A DNA stretch of 64,000 nucleotides from an uncultured Gemmatimonadales bacterium (lineage in GTDB: Bacteria > Gemmatimonadota > Gemmatimonadetes > Longimicrobiales > Gaopeijiaceae). The position numbers were made by a program, and so were the translations under genes. The stretch is from NCBI GenBank assembly GCA_963823035.1, contig CAWGKG010000023.1, positions 64,001 to 128,000 on the forward strand, written 5' to 3'. The notes beneath the pieces are model-generated. The model had not been told where the DNA came from. It saw nothing but the letters and a program-made list of their open reading frames with translations, and searched no databases. Positions 34,112-43,945 of this stretch are shown in pieces (the first letter of the stretch is position 1; each line of letters opens with the position of its first letter).

Positions 34112-36769
34112 TCAGCGCACGGCCTCGATGCGCGCGCCGAGCACCTCGGTGGTCGCGGCGTCCGCGCGGCCCCGCTGACCCGGCTGCTTCCCTCCGACCG
34201 AGATCGTGAAGGCACCGGGCTCGACCACGCTCCGCCCCTCTGCGTCGACCAGCGAGAACGCCTCCCCCGGCACGGTCAGGGAAACCCTCCGGCGCTCCCC
34301 CGGCGCGAGGGAGACGCGCGTGAACCCGGCCAGGGAGCGGATCGGCACCGGGACCGACGCCTCTTCGTCCGTCACGTAGAGCTGAACCACCTCGTCGGCC
34401 TCGACGGCGCCCGCGTTCTCCACCTCGACGGACACGTCGACGTCGTCGCCCGCCCGGAAGCGACCCGGCACGCGCAGGTCGCGGTAGCGGAAGCGTGCGT
34501 AGCTCAACCCGTGTCCGAAGGGGAAGAGCGGGTCGCCTCGGAAGTAACGGTACGTGCGCCCCTCCATCGCGTAGTCGGAGAACGGCGGGAGCTGGTCGAC
34601 CGACCCGTAGAAGGTCACCGGAAGACGGCCGCCTGGGCTGACGCCGCGCAGCAAGACGTCCGCGAGCGCGTCGCCGGCGGCCTGGCCGGGATACCACGCC
34701 GTGACGATCGCGGGAACGTGCTCGGCGGCCCACGGAATGGCGAGCGCGCTGCCCGTGGTGAGCACCAGCACGACCGGCTTGTCCGTGGCCACCACGGCGC
34801 GCAGCAGCTCCTCCTGCGGGTCGGGCAGCCCGATCGAGACGCGGTCCCCGCCGGAGAATCCCGGCACCTGGACCGGCATCTCCTCCCCCTCGAGGCGCGG
34901 CGACAGCCCCAGGACCAGCACCGTGACGTCCGCGCCCTCGGCCGCCCTCACCGCCTCCCCCAGAAGGTCGGGCGCCGGGGGCGCCCACACGAGCTGGAGC
35001 TGAGCGTCCAACCTGCGGTCCCGGTACTCCACCCGGAGCCGGCGCCCCTCCCCCGCGGTCAGATCCACCCACCCGGTATGCGTGCCGACGACGTGGCGGT
35101 CGCCGAACTCCACCACGAGCGAGTCGTCGAGGAAGACCCGCGCCTCCCCGTTCACGCGCACGCCGAGCGCGTAGCGCCCCGTCACGGGCGGAACGAGCGT
35201 CCCCGTCCACCGCACCGAGAAGGAGTCGGCGGGCATGCCCGGAAGCGGTGCGCCGCGCCACCACTGGTGGTCCACGGCGTCCTCCGGCCGCTCCGCGAAC
35301 GGCGCGGCCGAGAAGTCGTGGCCCGTCCAGTAGCGGGCCGTCAGGTCCCGAAGCGCCGAGGCGGGCACCGGCACCACGGACGGGACGCCCGTCGCCACGT
35401 CCGAGCCACGCGCGTACGTGACCTCGATGCCCCGCTCGGCCGCAGCGCGCCGGATCCCGTCGAGCGGCGTGACCGGCGCCTCCGGCCACCCGTTGTAGTT
35501 GCCGAGAAGGAGCTCGACGTCGTCGGCGTCCGGCCCGATCACGGCGACGCGCCGCACGCCCTCCAGGGGAAGGAGCGATCCCTCGTTCTGCAGCAGCACG
35601 ATGGACTCGCGCGCCGCGACGCGCGCGAGCGCCCGATGCTCCTCGGAGTCCACCACGTCCGGCGACACGCGAGCCCACGGTCCGCGTCCGGGTGGGTCGA
35701 ACAGCCCCAGGCGGAAGCGCGCGTCCAGGACACGGCTGAGCGCCGTGTCCACCTCCGCCTCCGTGACGAGCCCGCGCCGCACGGCCTCGGGGAGGCTGCG
35801 GTACTCGGGACCGCAGACGATGTCGGTGCCTGCGCGCAGGGCACGACCGGCCGCGTCGGGCTCGTCGGGAGACACCCCGTGCCCGTTCACGAAGTCCGAG
35901 AGCGCCCAGCAGTCCGAGACCACGTAGCCACGGAAGCCCCACTCATCGCGTAGCACGTCCTGCAGGAGCCGCTGGCTGGCGCACGCGGGATCGCCGTACA
36001 CGCGGTTGTAGGCGCACATGACCGAGACGACGCCGCCCTGCTCCACGGCCATGCGGAAGGCGGGGAGGTACGTCTCCCGCAGATCGCGCTCGGAGACCAC
36101 CGCGTCGAAGGAATGACGGTCCGGCTCCGGGCCCGAGTGCACGGCGTAGTGCTTGGCGGTGGCCACGGTGCGCAGGTGCTCCGGGTCGTCGCCCTGCATC
36201 CCGTGGATGAACTGCACCGCGAGGCGTCCGGTGAGGAAGGGATCCTCGCCGTACGTCTCCATCCCCCGCCCCCAGCGCGGGTCCCGGAAGATGTTGATGT
36301 TCGGGGAGAAGAAGGTGAGCCCCTCGTAGATGCCGCGGCTCCCGAGGCGCACCGCCTCGTCGTGCTTGGCGCGCGCCTCCATCGACGTCGCCGTCGCGAC
36401 CCGCAGCATGAGGTCGGCGTCCCACGTCGCGGCCAGCCCGATCGCCTGGGGGAAGACGGTGGCCCGGCCCGCCCTCGCGACGCCGTGCAGCGCCTCGCTC
36501 CACCAGTCGTAGGCCGGCACGCCGAGCCGCGGGATGGCGGCAGCCTCGTGCACGAGCTGGCCGGCCTTCTCCTCCAGCGACAAGCGTCCGACCAGGTCGC
36601 GGACCCTCGCCTCGATCGGGAGGGAGGGATCGCGGAACGGGAGCGCCTCCGCGGCCGGTGCGACCACGTTACCGGGCGTCACGGACGGAGCCGGCGGCGG
36701 CGCCCCGCAGGCCACGGCCAGCAGCGCCGCCACGGCGGCCAGCCGACGCGCCGCCCCACGGGTCGACAC
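34112..36769 (-). CDS. GH3 beta-glucosidase/beta-xylosidase lipoprotein with PA14 and Fn3-like domains
   Basis: WWSEALHGVARAG, SPNINIFRDPRWGRGMETYGEDP, AKHYAVH, VMCAYN, GYVVSDCWA nucleophile, LEGEE, GRTYRYF, FGHGLSY. Confidence 0.92.
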   Translation of the reverse strand: MSTRGAARRLAAVAALLAVACGAPPPAPSVTPGNVVAPAAEALPFRDPSLPIEARVRDLVGRLSLEEKAGQLVHEAAAIPRLGVPAYDWWSEALHGVARAGRATVFPQAIGLAATWDADLMLRVATATSMEARAKHDEAVRLGSRGIYEGLTFFSPNINIFRDPRWGRGMETYGEDPFLTGRLAVQFIHGMQGDDPEHLRTVATAKHYAVHSGPEPDRHSFDAVVSERDLRETYLPAFRMAVEQGGVVSVMCAYNRVYGDPACASQRLLQDVLRDEWGFRGYVVSDCWALSDFVNGHGVSPDEPDAAGRALRAGTDIVCGPEYRSLPEAVRRGLVTEAEVDTALSRVLDARFRLGLFDPPGRGPWARVSPDVVDSEEHRALARVAARESIVLLQNEGSLLPLEGVRRVAVIGPDADDVELLLGNYNGWPEAPVTPLDGIRRAAAERGIEVTYARGSDVATGVPSVVPVPASALRDLTARYWTGHDFSAAPFAERPEDAVDHQWWRGAPLPGMPADSFSVRWTGTLVPPVTGRYALGVRVNGEARVFLDDSLVVEFGDRHVVGTHTGWVDLTAGEGRRLRVEYRDRRLDAQLQLVWAPPAPDLLGEAVRAAEGADVTVLVLGLSPRLEGEEMPVQVPGFSGGDRVSIGLPDPQEELLRAVVATDKPVVLVLTTGSALAIPWAAEHVPAIVTAWYPGQAAGDALADVLLRGVSPGGRLPVTFYGSVDQLPPFSDYAMEGRTYRYFRGDPLFPFGHGLSYARFRYRDLRVPGRFRAGDDVDVSVEVENAGAVEADEVVQLYVTDEEASVPVPIRSLAGFTRVSLAPGERRRVSLTVPGEAFSLVDAEGRSVVEPGAFTISVGGKQPGQRGRADAATTEVLGARIEAVR

Positions 36770-36777
36770 CCCTTCGC

Positions 36778-38988
36778 CTACCGGGGCGACAGCCCGGGCG
36801 GGGGTACCCCGTCGGCATCGAGGCCGAGGAGCCCGCCCACGACGGGATCGAAGGGGTTGTCACGCTTCGACGCCCGCCCCGGCGAGCCGCAGCCGGAGTC
36901 CGGATCCGCGTAGAAGTCGATCTGGGCCCGCTCGCCCCACCCGAGGGTGACCGACTGCGCGTTGACGCGCACGTCGAACGAGCACGAGATGTCGTCCACC
37001 CGGACCACGTACGTGCCCACGGCGACGGGATCGAAGAAGTAGAACCCGCCCGAGTCGGAGTTGGTGACGACCAGCGCCGGGCCGCCGACCAGGTTCACCT
37101 TCACCGGGCCGGACCCGAGGCAGTCGATCGGGTCGGACGTGTAGCAGTAGTAGAACGTCCCGAAGATCGACGGGTCCGGTATGATCACGGTCTCCACGTT
37201 GGAGGGCTCGGAGCACGTGCCGCCGATGCACGCGCGCACCCGGTAGTAGAGCACGCGGGCCGGGAAGGGAGCGTCCTGGCTGGCGTACGGGACGTTCATC
37301 GGGGCCGTGGCCGCCGGCTCGAAGCCGCTCGAGGCGGAGACCGTGCTGCTCTCGACCCGGAACTCCGTCTCGGACGAGCTGTTGTCCGTCCACCCGAAAT
37401 AGAGCGCGGGGGAGTCGAAGGTCGCGTAGAACCCCGAGGGCGGCGTCGGTGCCGTCCTGAACGAGCGGATGTCGCTCTCGGACGTCCCGGCGTCGTTCGT
37501 GGCCACCACACGGAAGTAGTAGGTCGAGCCCTCCGGCTTCAGGCCCGTGATCGTTCGATCGATCTGCTGCTCCGGCAGGCCGCCGTCCAGAGCCACGTCG
37601 GGCGTCACGCTCGGCGTCGACAGCGACGGGTCGGTCCCCCACTCGAAGTGCGCGAGCGTGGGGGTGCCGCGCGGGTCGACCGTCCCGATGAGCCGGGCCG
37701 TGGTCGACGTCACGGGCGACGGATCCAGCGTCGCGACGCTCGGCGGCGCGAGCGGCCGCGTGGTGAAGCTCTCGACCTCGCCCTCCCGCTCCCCACCGTC
37801 GTTGGACGCCACGGCGCGGAAGTAGTACTCCGTGGCCGGGTCGAGCCCGTCCACTTCCGCCGCGAGGCTCTGCTCGGCCTCACCGGAGCCGATGTCCATG
37901 TGGGGCGTCTCCGACGACGTCCCCAGCGCGGGATCGGTGCCGTAGCGGAACCAGGCGGTCGCCGGGCTTCCCTTGGCGCTCACGGTGGCGTGCAGCGTGG
38001 CCGTGAAGACCCCGACGTCACTGGCCGGGTCGGTGCCCACGGTCGGTAGCGGCGCGACCACCTCGACGGTGGCCTCCCCGGTCGCCGAGCCCACGGTGGC
38101 CCGGATCGTCGCGTTCCCCTTCGCGACCCCGAGGACCAGCCCCGACGCGTTGACGGACGCGATGCCCTCGTCCGAAGAGCTCCACGTGGCAGCCTCGTCC
38201 GGAAGAGGATGGCCCAGCGCGTCCGCGGCGGTGGCGGTGAGCTGCAGGGTCTCCCCGATCGGAAGCGAGCCCGACGCGGGGATGACCTCGACGCTCGCGG
38301 CGACGATGTCGACCACCACCCGCACGTTGCTCGTGAACGGCGGGAAGGCCGCCTGCAGCAGCCCCGCCCCCGAGCGCAGGGCCACCACCGAGCTGGTGGT
38401 GCCGTTCGTCTCGACCGACACGATCCCCGGGGTGAGCGACGTCCACTGCAGGTGCAGGCTCGTCGCCACGTCTCCCGTGACGAACAGCACATCGCCGGGC
38501 AGCGCGACGGTCTCCCCCAGGGAGGAGAGCGTGGGGAGCGACTCCGGCACGGAGATCGAGGCCGCCACGGGCACGAGGGTCAGGTCCGCGGCCACCACGT
38601 CGTTCGGCACCAGCGTGAGCGAGGCGCTGCCCGTGAAGAGGGGGCTCAGGTCACGCAGGAGGGTGATGTCCAGCTCGGCCGGCGTGTCCTCCTGGACCAG
38701 GACGCTGATCGGGACGTGCGTCTCGGCCTGCGGCTCGAAGGGTGCGGTGCGCTCCAGGAGAACCGCGCCCCCGCTCCGGAGCCGGATGTGCACGATGTTG
38801 GCCGCGTCGTACGCGTCGCCCTCGCCTCCACCCCCCACCTCCGCCTGGAGCATGATGGCCACCGCCAACTGGGCGGGGTAGCCCCGTCCATCCGGTGTGG
38901 TGGGCCCACCGTCGCACGCCGCGAGGAGCGCGAGGGTGCCGGCCAGCGCGAGCCGGGCGAGGCCGGCCGAGGCTCTCGGAGCGCTCAT
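36778..38988 (-). CDS. Ig-like (Big_2) and fibronectin type III domain lipoprotein
   Basis: Lipobox LLAAC; SVEVIP...LQLTATAAD...TWSSSDEGIASVNASGLV (Big_2); repeated GLDPATEYYFRAVASN / TYYFRVVATN / YYRVRAC (Fn3). Confidence 0.75.
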   Translation of the reverse strand: MSAPRASAGLARLALAGTLALLAACDGGPTTPDGRGYPAQLAVAIMLQAEVGGGGEGDAYDAANIVHIRLRSGGAVLLERTAPFEPQAETHVPISVLVQEDTPAELDITLLRDLSPLFTGSASLTLVPNDVVAADLTLVPVAASISVPESLPTLSSLGETVALPGDVLFVTGDVATSLHLQWTSLTPGIVSVETNGTTSSVVALRSGAGLLQAAFPPFTSNVRVVVDIVAASVEVIPASGSLPIGETLQLTATAADALGHPLPDEAATWSSSDEGIASVNASGLVLGVAKGNATIRATVGSATGEATVEVVAPLPTVGTDPASDVGVFTATLHATVSAKGSPATAWFRYGTDPALGTSSETPHMDIGSGEAEQSLAAEVDGLDPATEYYFRAVASNDGGEREGEVESFTTRPLAPPSVATLDPSPVTSTTARLIGTVDPRGTPTLAHFEWGTDPSLSTPSVTPDVALDGGLPEQQIDRTITGLKPEGSTYYFRVVATNDAGTSESDIRSFRTAPTPPSGFYATFDSPALYFGWTDNSSSETEFRVESSTVSASSGFEPAATAPMNVPYASQDAPFPARVLYYRVRACIGGTCSEPSNVETVIIPDPSIFGTFYYCYTSDPIDCLGSGPVKVNLVGGPALVVTNSDSGGFYFFDPVAVGTYVVRVDDISCSFDVRVNAQSVTLGWGERAQIDFYADPDSGCGSPGRASKRDNPFDPVVGGLLGLDADGVPPPGLSPR

Positions 38989-40119
38989 GAGCCACCCCGA
39001 ACGCGCGTCGTGAGCCCGATCTCGAACCCGAGCAGGCTCCCCGAGTTGCCGGGCACGACCTCGAGCTGTCCGATGTGGATCCTGGCCGAGGGCGCGAAGG
39101 TGGCTCTCTCGCCGCGCAGCTCGAGCGTGGCGCCGACGCCGAGGTCGATCCCCTGCCCCGCCGAGTCCGCGCGTCGCAGCATGCGGATCTCGGCGTCCGG
39201 TTGGAGAACGGCCTCACCGATCGGGCGCCGGAAGCCTCCGCCCAGCGAGGAAGAGGTTCTGCGAGGACGATTCCCTGGCGATGGGGAGCTCGGAGAGGAG
39301 CGAGCCGCCCTGGCGGTGCGTGACCCCGGCGTAGACGATGCCGCTCGAGGTCGCGCTCATCGGGAAGGCCAGGCTGCCCATCACCTGGAAGCGGTTCCCC
39401 GACTGGAAGAGGTTGTCCCCGTTCACCTGGTCCTTCCCATAGGCATGGACGGCGACCTGGAGCGAGGCCTTGGAAGCCTCGCCGACCGTGCCGTCGAGCG
39501 CACCGACGATCCGGAACAGCGTGCCCGGACGGTAGGCGAACAGCCCACCCTCCAGCGGCTCGAACTCCCGCCCCGCGATCACGCCGACCGCGAGCCCCGC
39601 GCCGACCGGGCCGAGGGGCCGTGCCACCGAGGCGTTCACGCCGGCGCCGCCCCCACTCCCCCAGTTCGCGATGGAGAAGGGGAAGAGGTCGGAGGCCAGA
39701 GCGCCCGCCACGATCGACTCCCGGAGCGTCTGCGACTCCTTCCCCGTGGGCGCGATGAGCACCCCGGAGACCTTGAAGTAGAGGTTGGGCGAGTAGGTGA
39801 GCGTGAGCTGTGTGTCCGTGAGGCCGGTCACGTCCAGCGAGCCGGACGCACGCCCCAACGTTCCCTTCCCCCACGACCCGTCCACCGCCAGCGACAGGCG
39901 ATCGACCAACGGGGTGGTCGCCGCGAAGTGGAGGGCGATCAGGCGCAGGTTCTGCACGCCCAGCGTGGCGGCCTCGTCGAAGGAGTAGCCCTGGAAGGAG
40001 AGCGTCGCTCCCACGGAGGTCCCGCTCGACTGCGCGAAGGCACGCCCGGCGGCGACCGTCAGAGCGAGGGCGGTGAGGACCGTCACCCGGCGGAGAGGAC
40101 CCGCGATCCGGCGGCTCAT
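38985..40119 (-). CDS. Exported protein, probable outer-membrane beta-barrel; frameshift near 39230
   Basis: Signal peptide AFA-Q; alternating hydrophobic strands, GLTDTQLTLTY, APTGK and C-terminal GFEIGLTTRV strand; ATGA overlaps on both sides. Confidence 0.5.
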
Positions 40120-41462
40120 CGGTCACCTCCCGGCCTGCGGAAGATGATCTCCACGGTCGAGCCGGACGCACCGATGCCCTCCCGCCCCAGCAGCTCGGGC
40201 ACAGGGTCGCGGCCGAGGAGCCCGGGCAGCAGTCCCTCGAGGTCCGAGAAGGAGGTCAGGCGGGTGAGCCACTCCACGTACTCGGTCTGCGTGCCACCGC
40301 CCAGGGCGGCGAGGCCTTCCCGCACGAAGGACCCGATCTCCACGCCCGTCGCCACGGCGAGCGAGCCGGCCTCGCGGGCCTTGGTCGAGGCGGCGCTGAA
40401 GTCGGGATCGAGGCGGGCCGCCTCGGAGAAGTGCTGCTCCGCCTCCTCGTACCGTCCGGCGTCCTGCGCCTCCAACCCGAGTCCGAAGGCGAGCAGCGCG
40501 TTCAGGTTCTCGGTCGGGTTGTGCGACACCGCCTCACGCTCGGCCGGCGTCAGCTGGATGTTCATCGACTGGAAGATGTCCAGCACCATCTGGTTCTCCA
40601 TGTCGAAGAACCTCTGCGCGGGGTCGCGGGCCGAGAGCGGGGCCCCGGACGCCGCGGAATCCCCGACCTGGACGACCCTCGCCTCCATGACCAGCTCCGC
40701 CTCGTTCCCGTCGAGCACGCCCTGCACCACCCGGGCCGCGCCCAGCAGGTGGCCGCTGCGTACCGCGGTGGCCGGATCCACCCGCCCCTGCGCGGTCAAG
40801 CCCATCTCGTCGAGGAGGAGCTGGACGCGCGTCCGCTCCAGCACGCGCAGGCGGCTGGACTGAGCGAGGTCCGTGGTGATCATCTCGGCCAACGCGCGAC
40901 CGAGAGGACTCAGGCGGTCGTCCGAGCCCTGGTAGACGAAGGGGAACACGCCGACCGTGCGCGGCTCGGGCGGCGTGTCGGCCAGCTCGGCCTCACGCGC
41001 GAGGGCCGCGTCGACCGAGCGTTGCAGGGCCCGGCGTCGGACCACCTCGAGCCGCCGCGTCAGCTCGTCCCGCAGCGCTCCGCGCGGGTGCTCGTCCAGG
41101 TAGCGCCGATACAGCATGCCCGCGATCGAGTCGGCGCCCGCTTCGTCGTACACGGCCCCGAGCACGAAGATGGCCTCCTCGGAGCCCGGATCGCGCTGCA
41201 GGGCCTGCTCCAGCACGCGCCGCGCGTCGTTCAGCCGTCCGGCCGCCCTGTACGCCGCCCCCAGCCGCACCCGCAGGTCCACGTCGGCCGGGGAAGACGC
41301 GACGGCCCGCTCCAGCCCGGGGATCTCCTCGGGGCCCGGGGTCCGAGGGGCGCGGAAGCCGGCCCCCGCGCAACCCCAGAACAGGCCGAGACCCACGGTG
41401 ACGAGGAGCTGTGCGGGAGACGGGAATCCCAGCCTGGAGGCGCGAGACCCTGTGACAGCCAT
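40116..41462 (-). CDS. TPR-repeat plus CsgG/HfaB-like (TolB_N/FlgO-like) lipoprotein
   Basis: FWGC lipobox; TPR LGAAYRAAGRLNDARRVLEQALQRDP; TVGVFPF, LAEMITTDL...LRVLERTRVQLLLDEM, GHLLGAARVVQG, MEARVVQV; C-terminal TPR. Confidence 0.7.
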   Translation of the reverse strand: MAVTGSRASRLGFPSPAQLLVTVGLGLFWGCAGAGFRAPRTPGPEEIPGLERAVASSPADVDLRVRLGAAYRAAGRLNDARRVLEQALQRDPGSEEAIFVLGAVYDEAGADSIAGMLYRRYLDEHPRGALRDELTRRLEVVRRRALQRSVDAALAREAELADTPPEPRTVGVFPFVYQGSDDRLSPLGRALAEMITTDLAQSSRLRVLERTRVQLLLDEMGLTAQGRVDPATAVRSGHLLGAARVVQGVLDGNEAELVMEARVVQVGDSAASGAPLSARDPAQRFFDMENQMVLDIFQSMNIQLTPAEREAVSHNPTENLNALLAFGLGLEAQDAGRYEEAEQHFSEAARLDPDFSAASTKAREAGSLAVATGVEIGSFVREGLAALGGGTQTEYVEWLTRLTSFSDLEGLLPGLLGRDPVPELLGREGIGASGSTVEIIFRRPGGDR

Positions 41463-41764
41463 GATTGCCTCGGACGAGTCGATGAGGTCCGCCGCGGCGT
41501 GGGGCCAGGACACGTCCAGGATGCGGATGGGGGAGGCCGCAGGTCGGGCGGGCACGTGGCCCCCGCGCCGCAGCGAACGGAGCCGAAAAAGCGGCAGCCA
41601 ATATAGGCCCGGCCGTCGAAAGCGGGCAACGACGCCCCACGACGCCAGGCTTTCGGGGAAATCGCGGCGGGTCGATATTGGAAGACCACCCCCCGGCTAC
41701 GCTCGCCCCCTCACCTCTTCGGCCGGCGGGCGGGGGCGTTTCCGGAATCACCGCAGGAGGTCGT

Positions 41765-42490
41765 ATGGGACCCAGGTTCGCGCGCGTTTCGATGGTCGTC
41801 GCACTCGCGGTGGCAACGTCCTCCGCGCTCGGCGCCCAGGAGAATGCGGAGGATCGGCGCCCCGGCGTCGCCGTGCTTCGCTTCGACAACGGCGGCTCCC
41901 ACGGCCAGCAGGCCGAGGAAGGGGACTTCGCAGCGCTCGAGGTGGGGCTGCAGCAGATGCTCCTCACCGAGCTGTCGCAGAGCACGGACCTGCGCATCAT
42001 CGAGCGCGGCCGGCTGAACGACCTCTTGAAGGAGCAGGACCTGGCCGCGGAAGGCCGCGCCAGTCAGGCCGGTGCGGCGCAGATCGGAAAGCTGGTCGGC
42101 GCGCGCTACGTGGTCCTCGGGAGCTTCACGGACCTCTTCGGGCAGTTCCGCATGGACGCCCGCGTCGTGGACGTCGAGACCGGTGACATCCTCGAGAGCG
42201 AGAGCGTGCGCGATCGGCGCGAGAAGATCTACGACCTGCTCGTGGACCTCTCGTCCAAGATCGTCGAGGACATCGACCTCCCCCCGCTCCCCGAGAAGGC
42301 CCAGGAGGCCCGCAAGTCGCGCGACATCCCGCCCGAGGCCATCACGCTCTTCTCGCGTGCGCAGGTGTTCGAGGACGGTGGGCAGAAGGACCGCGCCATC
42401 GAGCTCTATCGTCGGCTGACGAACGAGTTCCCGGACATGGTGCAGGCGAAGCAGGCGCTGGAGCAGCTCACCGGCGAGACCGGCGCCTGA
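41765..42490 (+). CDS. CsgG/HfaB-like exported protein with C-terminal TPR-like helices
   Basis: AGGAGG RBS; signal peptide; VAVLRFDN, LQQMLLTELSQ...IIERGRLNDLLKEQDL, QIGKLVGARYVVLGS, RMDARVVDVETGDIL. Confidence 0.75.
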   Translation: MGPRFARVSMVVALAVATSSALGAQENAEDRRPGVAVLRFDNGGSHGQQAEEGDFAALEVGLQQMLLTELSQSTDLRIIERGRLNDLLKEQDLAAEGRASQAGAAQIGKLVGARYVVLGSFTDLFGQFRMDARVVDVETGDILESESVRDRREKIYDLLVDLSSKIVEDIDLPPLPEKAQEARKSRDIPPEAITLFSRAQVFEDGGQKDRAIELYRRLTNEFPDMVQAKQALEQLTGETGA

Positions 42491-42522
42491 CGGACGAGCG
42501 GGTGGGCGCTCCCGGCGTCCCG

Positions 42523-43890
42523 TCAGCGTCGCTCCATGAGGCTGATCGCGTAGCGCGCAGGCACGGCGAAGAGGGGCCCCTCCGGGTCGTCCTTGGCGCG
42601 GCCGAGGAGCACGCCGACCACGAGGCCGTCACGGTCGAGGACCGGGGTGCCGCTCGCGCCCTTCTGCCCGTAGCCCTGCAGCTCGAGCAGGGCCTTTCCC
42701 GTCTGGCTGATCACCCCCGCGATGAGGAGCGGCCGCACCACGCCGGCCGACCCTTCGGGCGGGCGTCCCCCGTAGGGGAACCCGATCATCGCCACGGGTG
42801 AGCCCGGGCCGATGGTGTCCCCGCGCTCGTTGAAGCCCCGCACGGTGGGGATCGTCCCCACCAGACGCTCCACCTGGAGGAGCGCCAGGTCGGCCTCGCT
42901 CGACACCGCGACCACGTGCGCCGGCCACACCTGCCTGGAGTCGGCGAACTGGACGCCGATGCGCGAGGGGCGGGAGCCGCCCTCGGGAACGACCACGTGC
43001 CGGTTGGTCATGACGACACCCGAGGAGACGACACCGAAGGCCGTGCCCGTCACCACGCCCGCAGCGGTCTCGACGTAGACCTGGGCCGTGGCGCGGCGCG
43101 TCACCCTCTCGATCGCGCCGAAGTCCAGCGAGGCCGCGAGCTGCTGTCGCTCGAGCGCCACGGAGACCGTCTGGAGACGCTGGCGCAGGCGGTCGACCTC
43201 GTCGTCGTCGAGGCCGTCGCCCTCCGCGCCCTGCAGGGAGTTGCGCAGCGCACGGACCTCGTCCTCGGACTGCTGGAGCGCCTCGAGCAGGCCCGAGACG
43301 CGGAGCTCCAGGGAATCGACGTTCTCCGCCCGGGTGCGGGCGAGCGAGTCGTTCGCGGCGCGCATCGCGGCGGTCTGCACCTGCGCGACGACCAGCACGC
43401 TGTCCATGCGCGCCTCGAGGGCCGACCGCTCCCGCTCCCAGTCGCGCCGCGTGGACAGGCGGCCGGCGACGTACGTCCCACTCGAGAGCGCGACCACGGC
43501 GACCGCGGCGGCGATCCACGCCAGGCGGCGCCCGCCGCTCCGACCGGATCCGGAAGGCGTCCGGACGGTCCCCGGCACCCCGCACCCGCATGGAAGACGA
43601 GGAGCGGCCCCTCGGGCCCCAGTCGGACGAGATCACCGTCCGCGAGTGCGTGGTCCCCGTCGATCCGGCGGTCGTCGACCCAGGTGCCGTTGGTACTGTC
43701 GAGGTCGCGCACCGCCCACCCGGTCGCGGTCCGGAAGAAGACCGCGTGCCGACCGGAGACCGCGAGGTCCTCGTGGGGATCGAGGCGGAGCTGCGCCTCG
43801 GCGTGCCGGCCGACCACCACCGGGTCCCCGACCAGGCGATGGACGGGTCCCCGCGCGCGCCCCCACGCGAACCTCGATCCAGGCATCCAC
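42523..43890 (-). CDS. FHA domain - TM - coiled coil - trypsin-like serine protease; frameshifts near 43850 and 43585
   Basis: FHA: VVGRH, VSGRHA, DLDSTNGTWV; TM LAWIAAAVAVVALSSG; protease triad TNRHV / DLALL / GASGTPV. Confidence 0.78.
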
Positions 43891-43945
43891 GCTTCGTTCC
43901 CTCAGCCCACGACGCCGAGGTGGCCGCCGGGCCCGGCGCGGGCGC

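Noticed and set aside
38209..40863. Long antisense/alternate-frame ORFs (also e.g. 26411-28345, 33957-35942, 42916-44802)
   Set aside because: Arg/Pro/Gly-rich shadows of real genes; stop codons are scarce at this GC content
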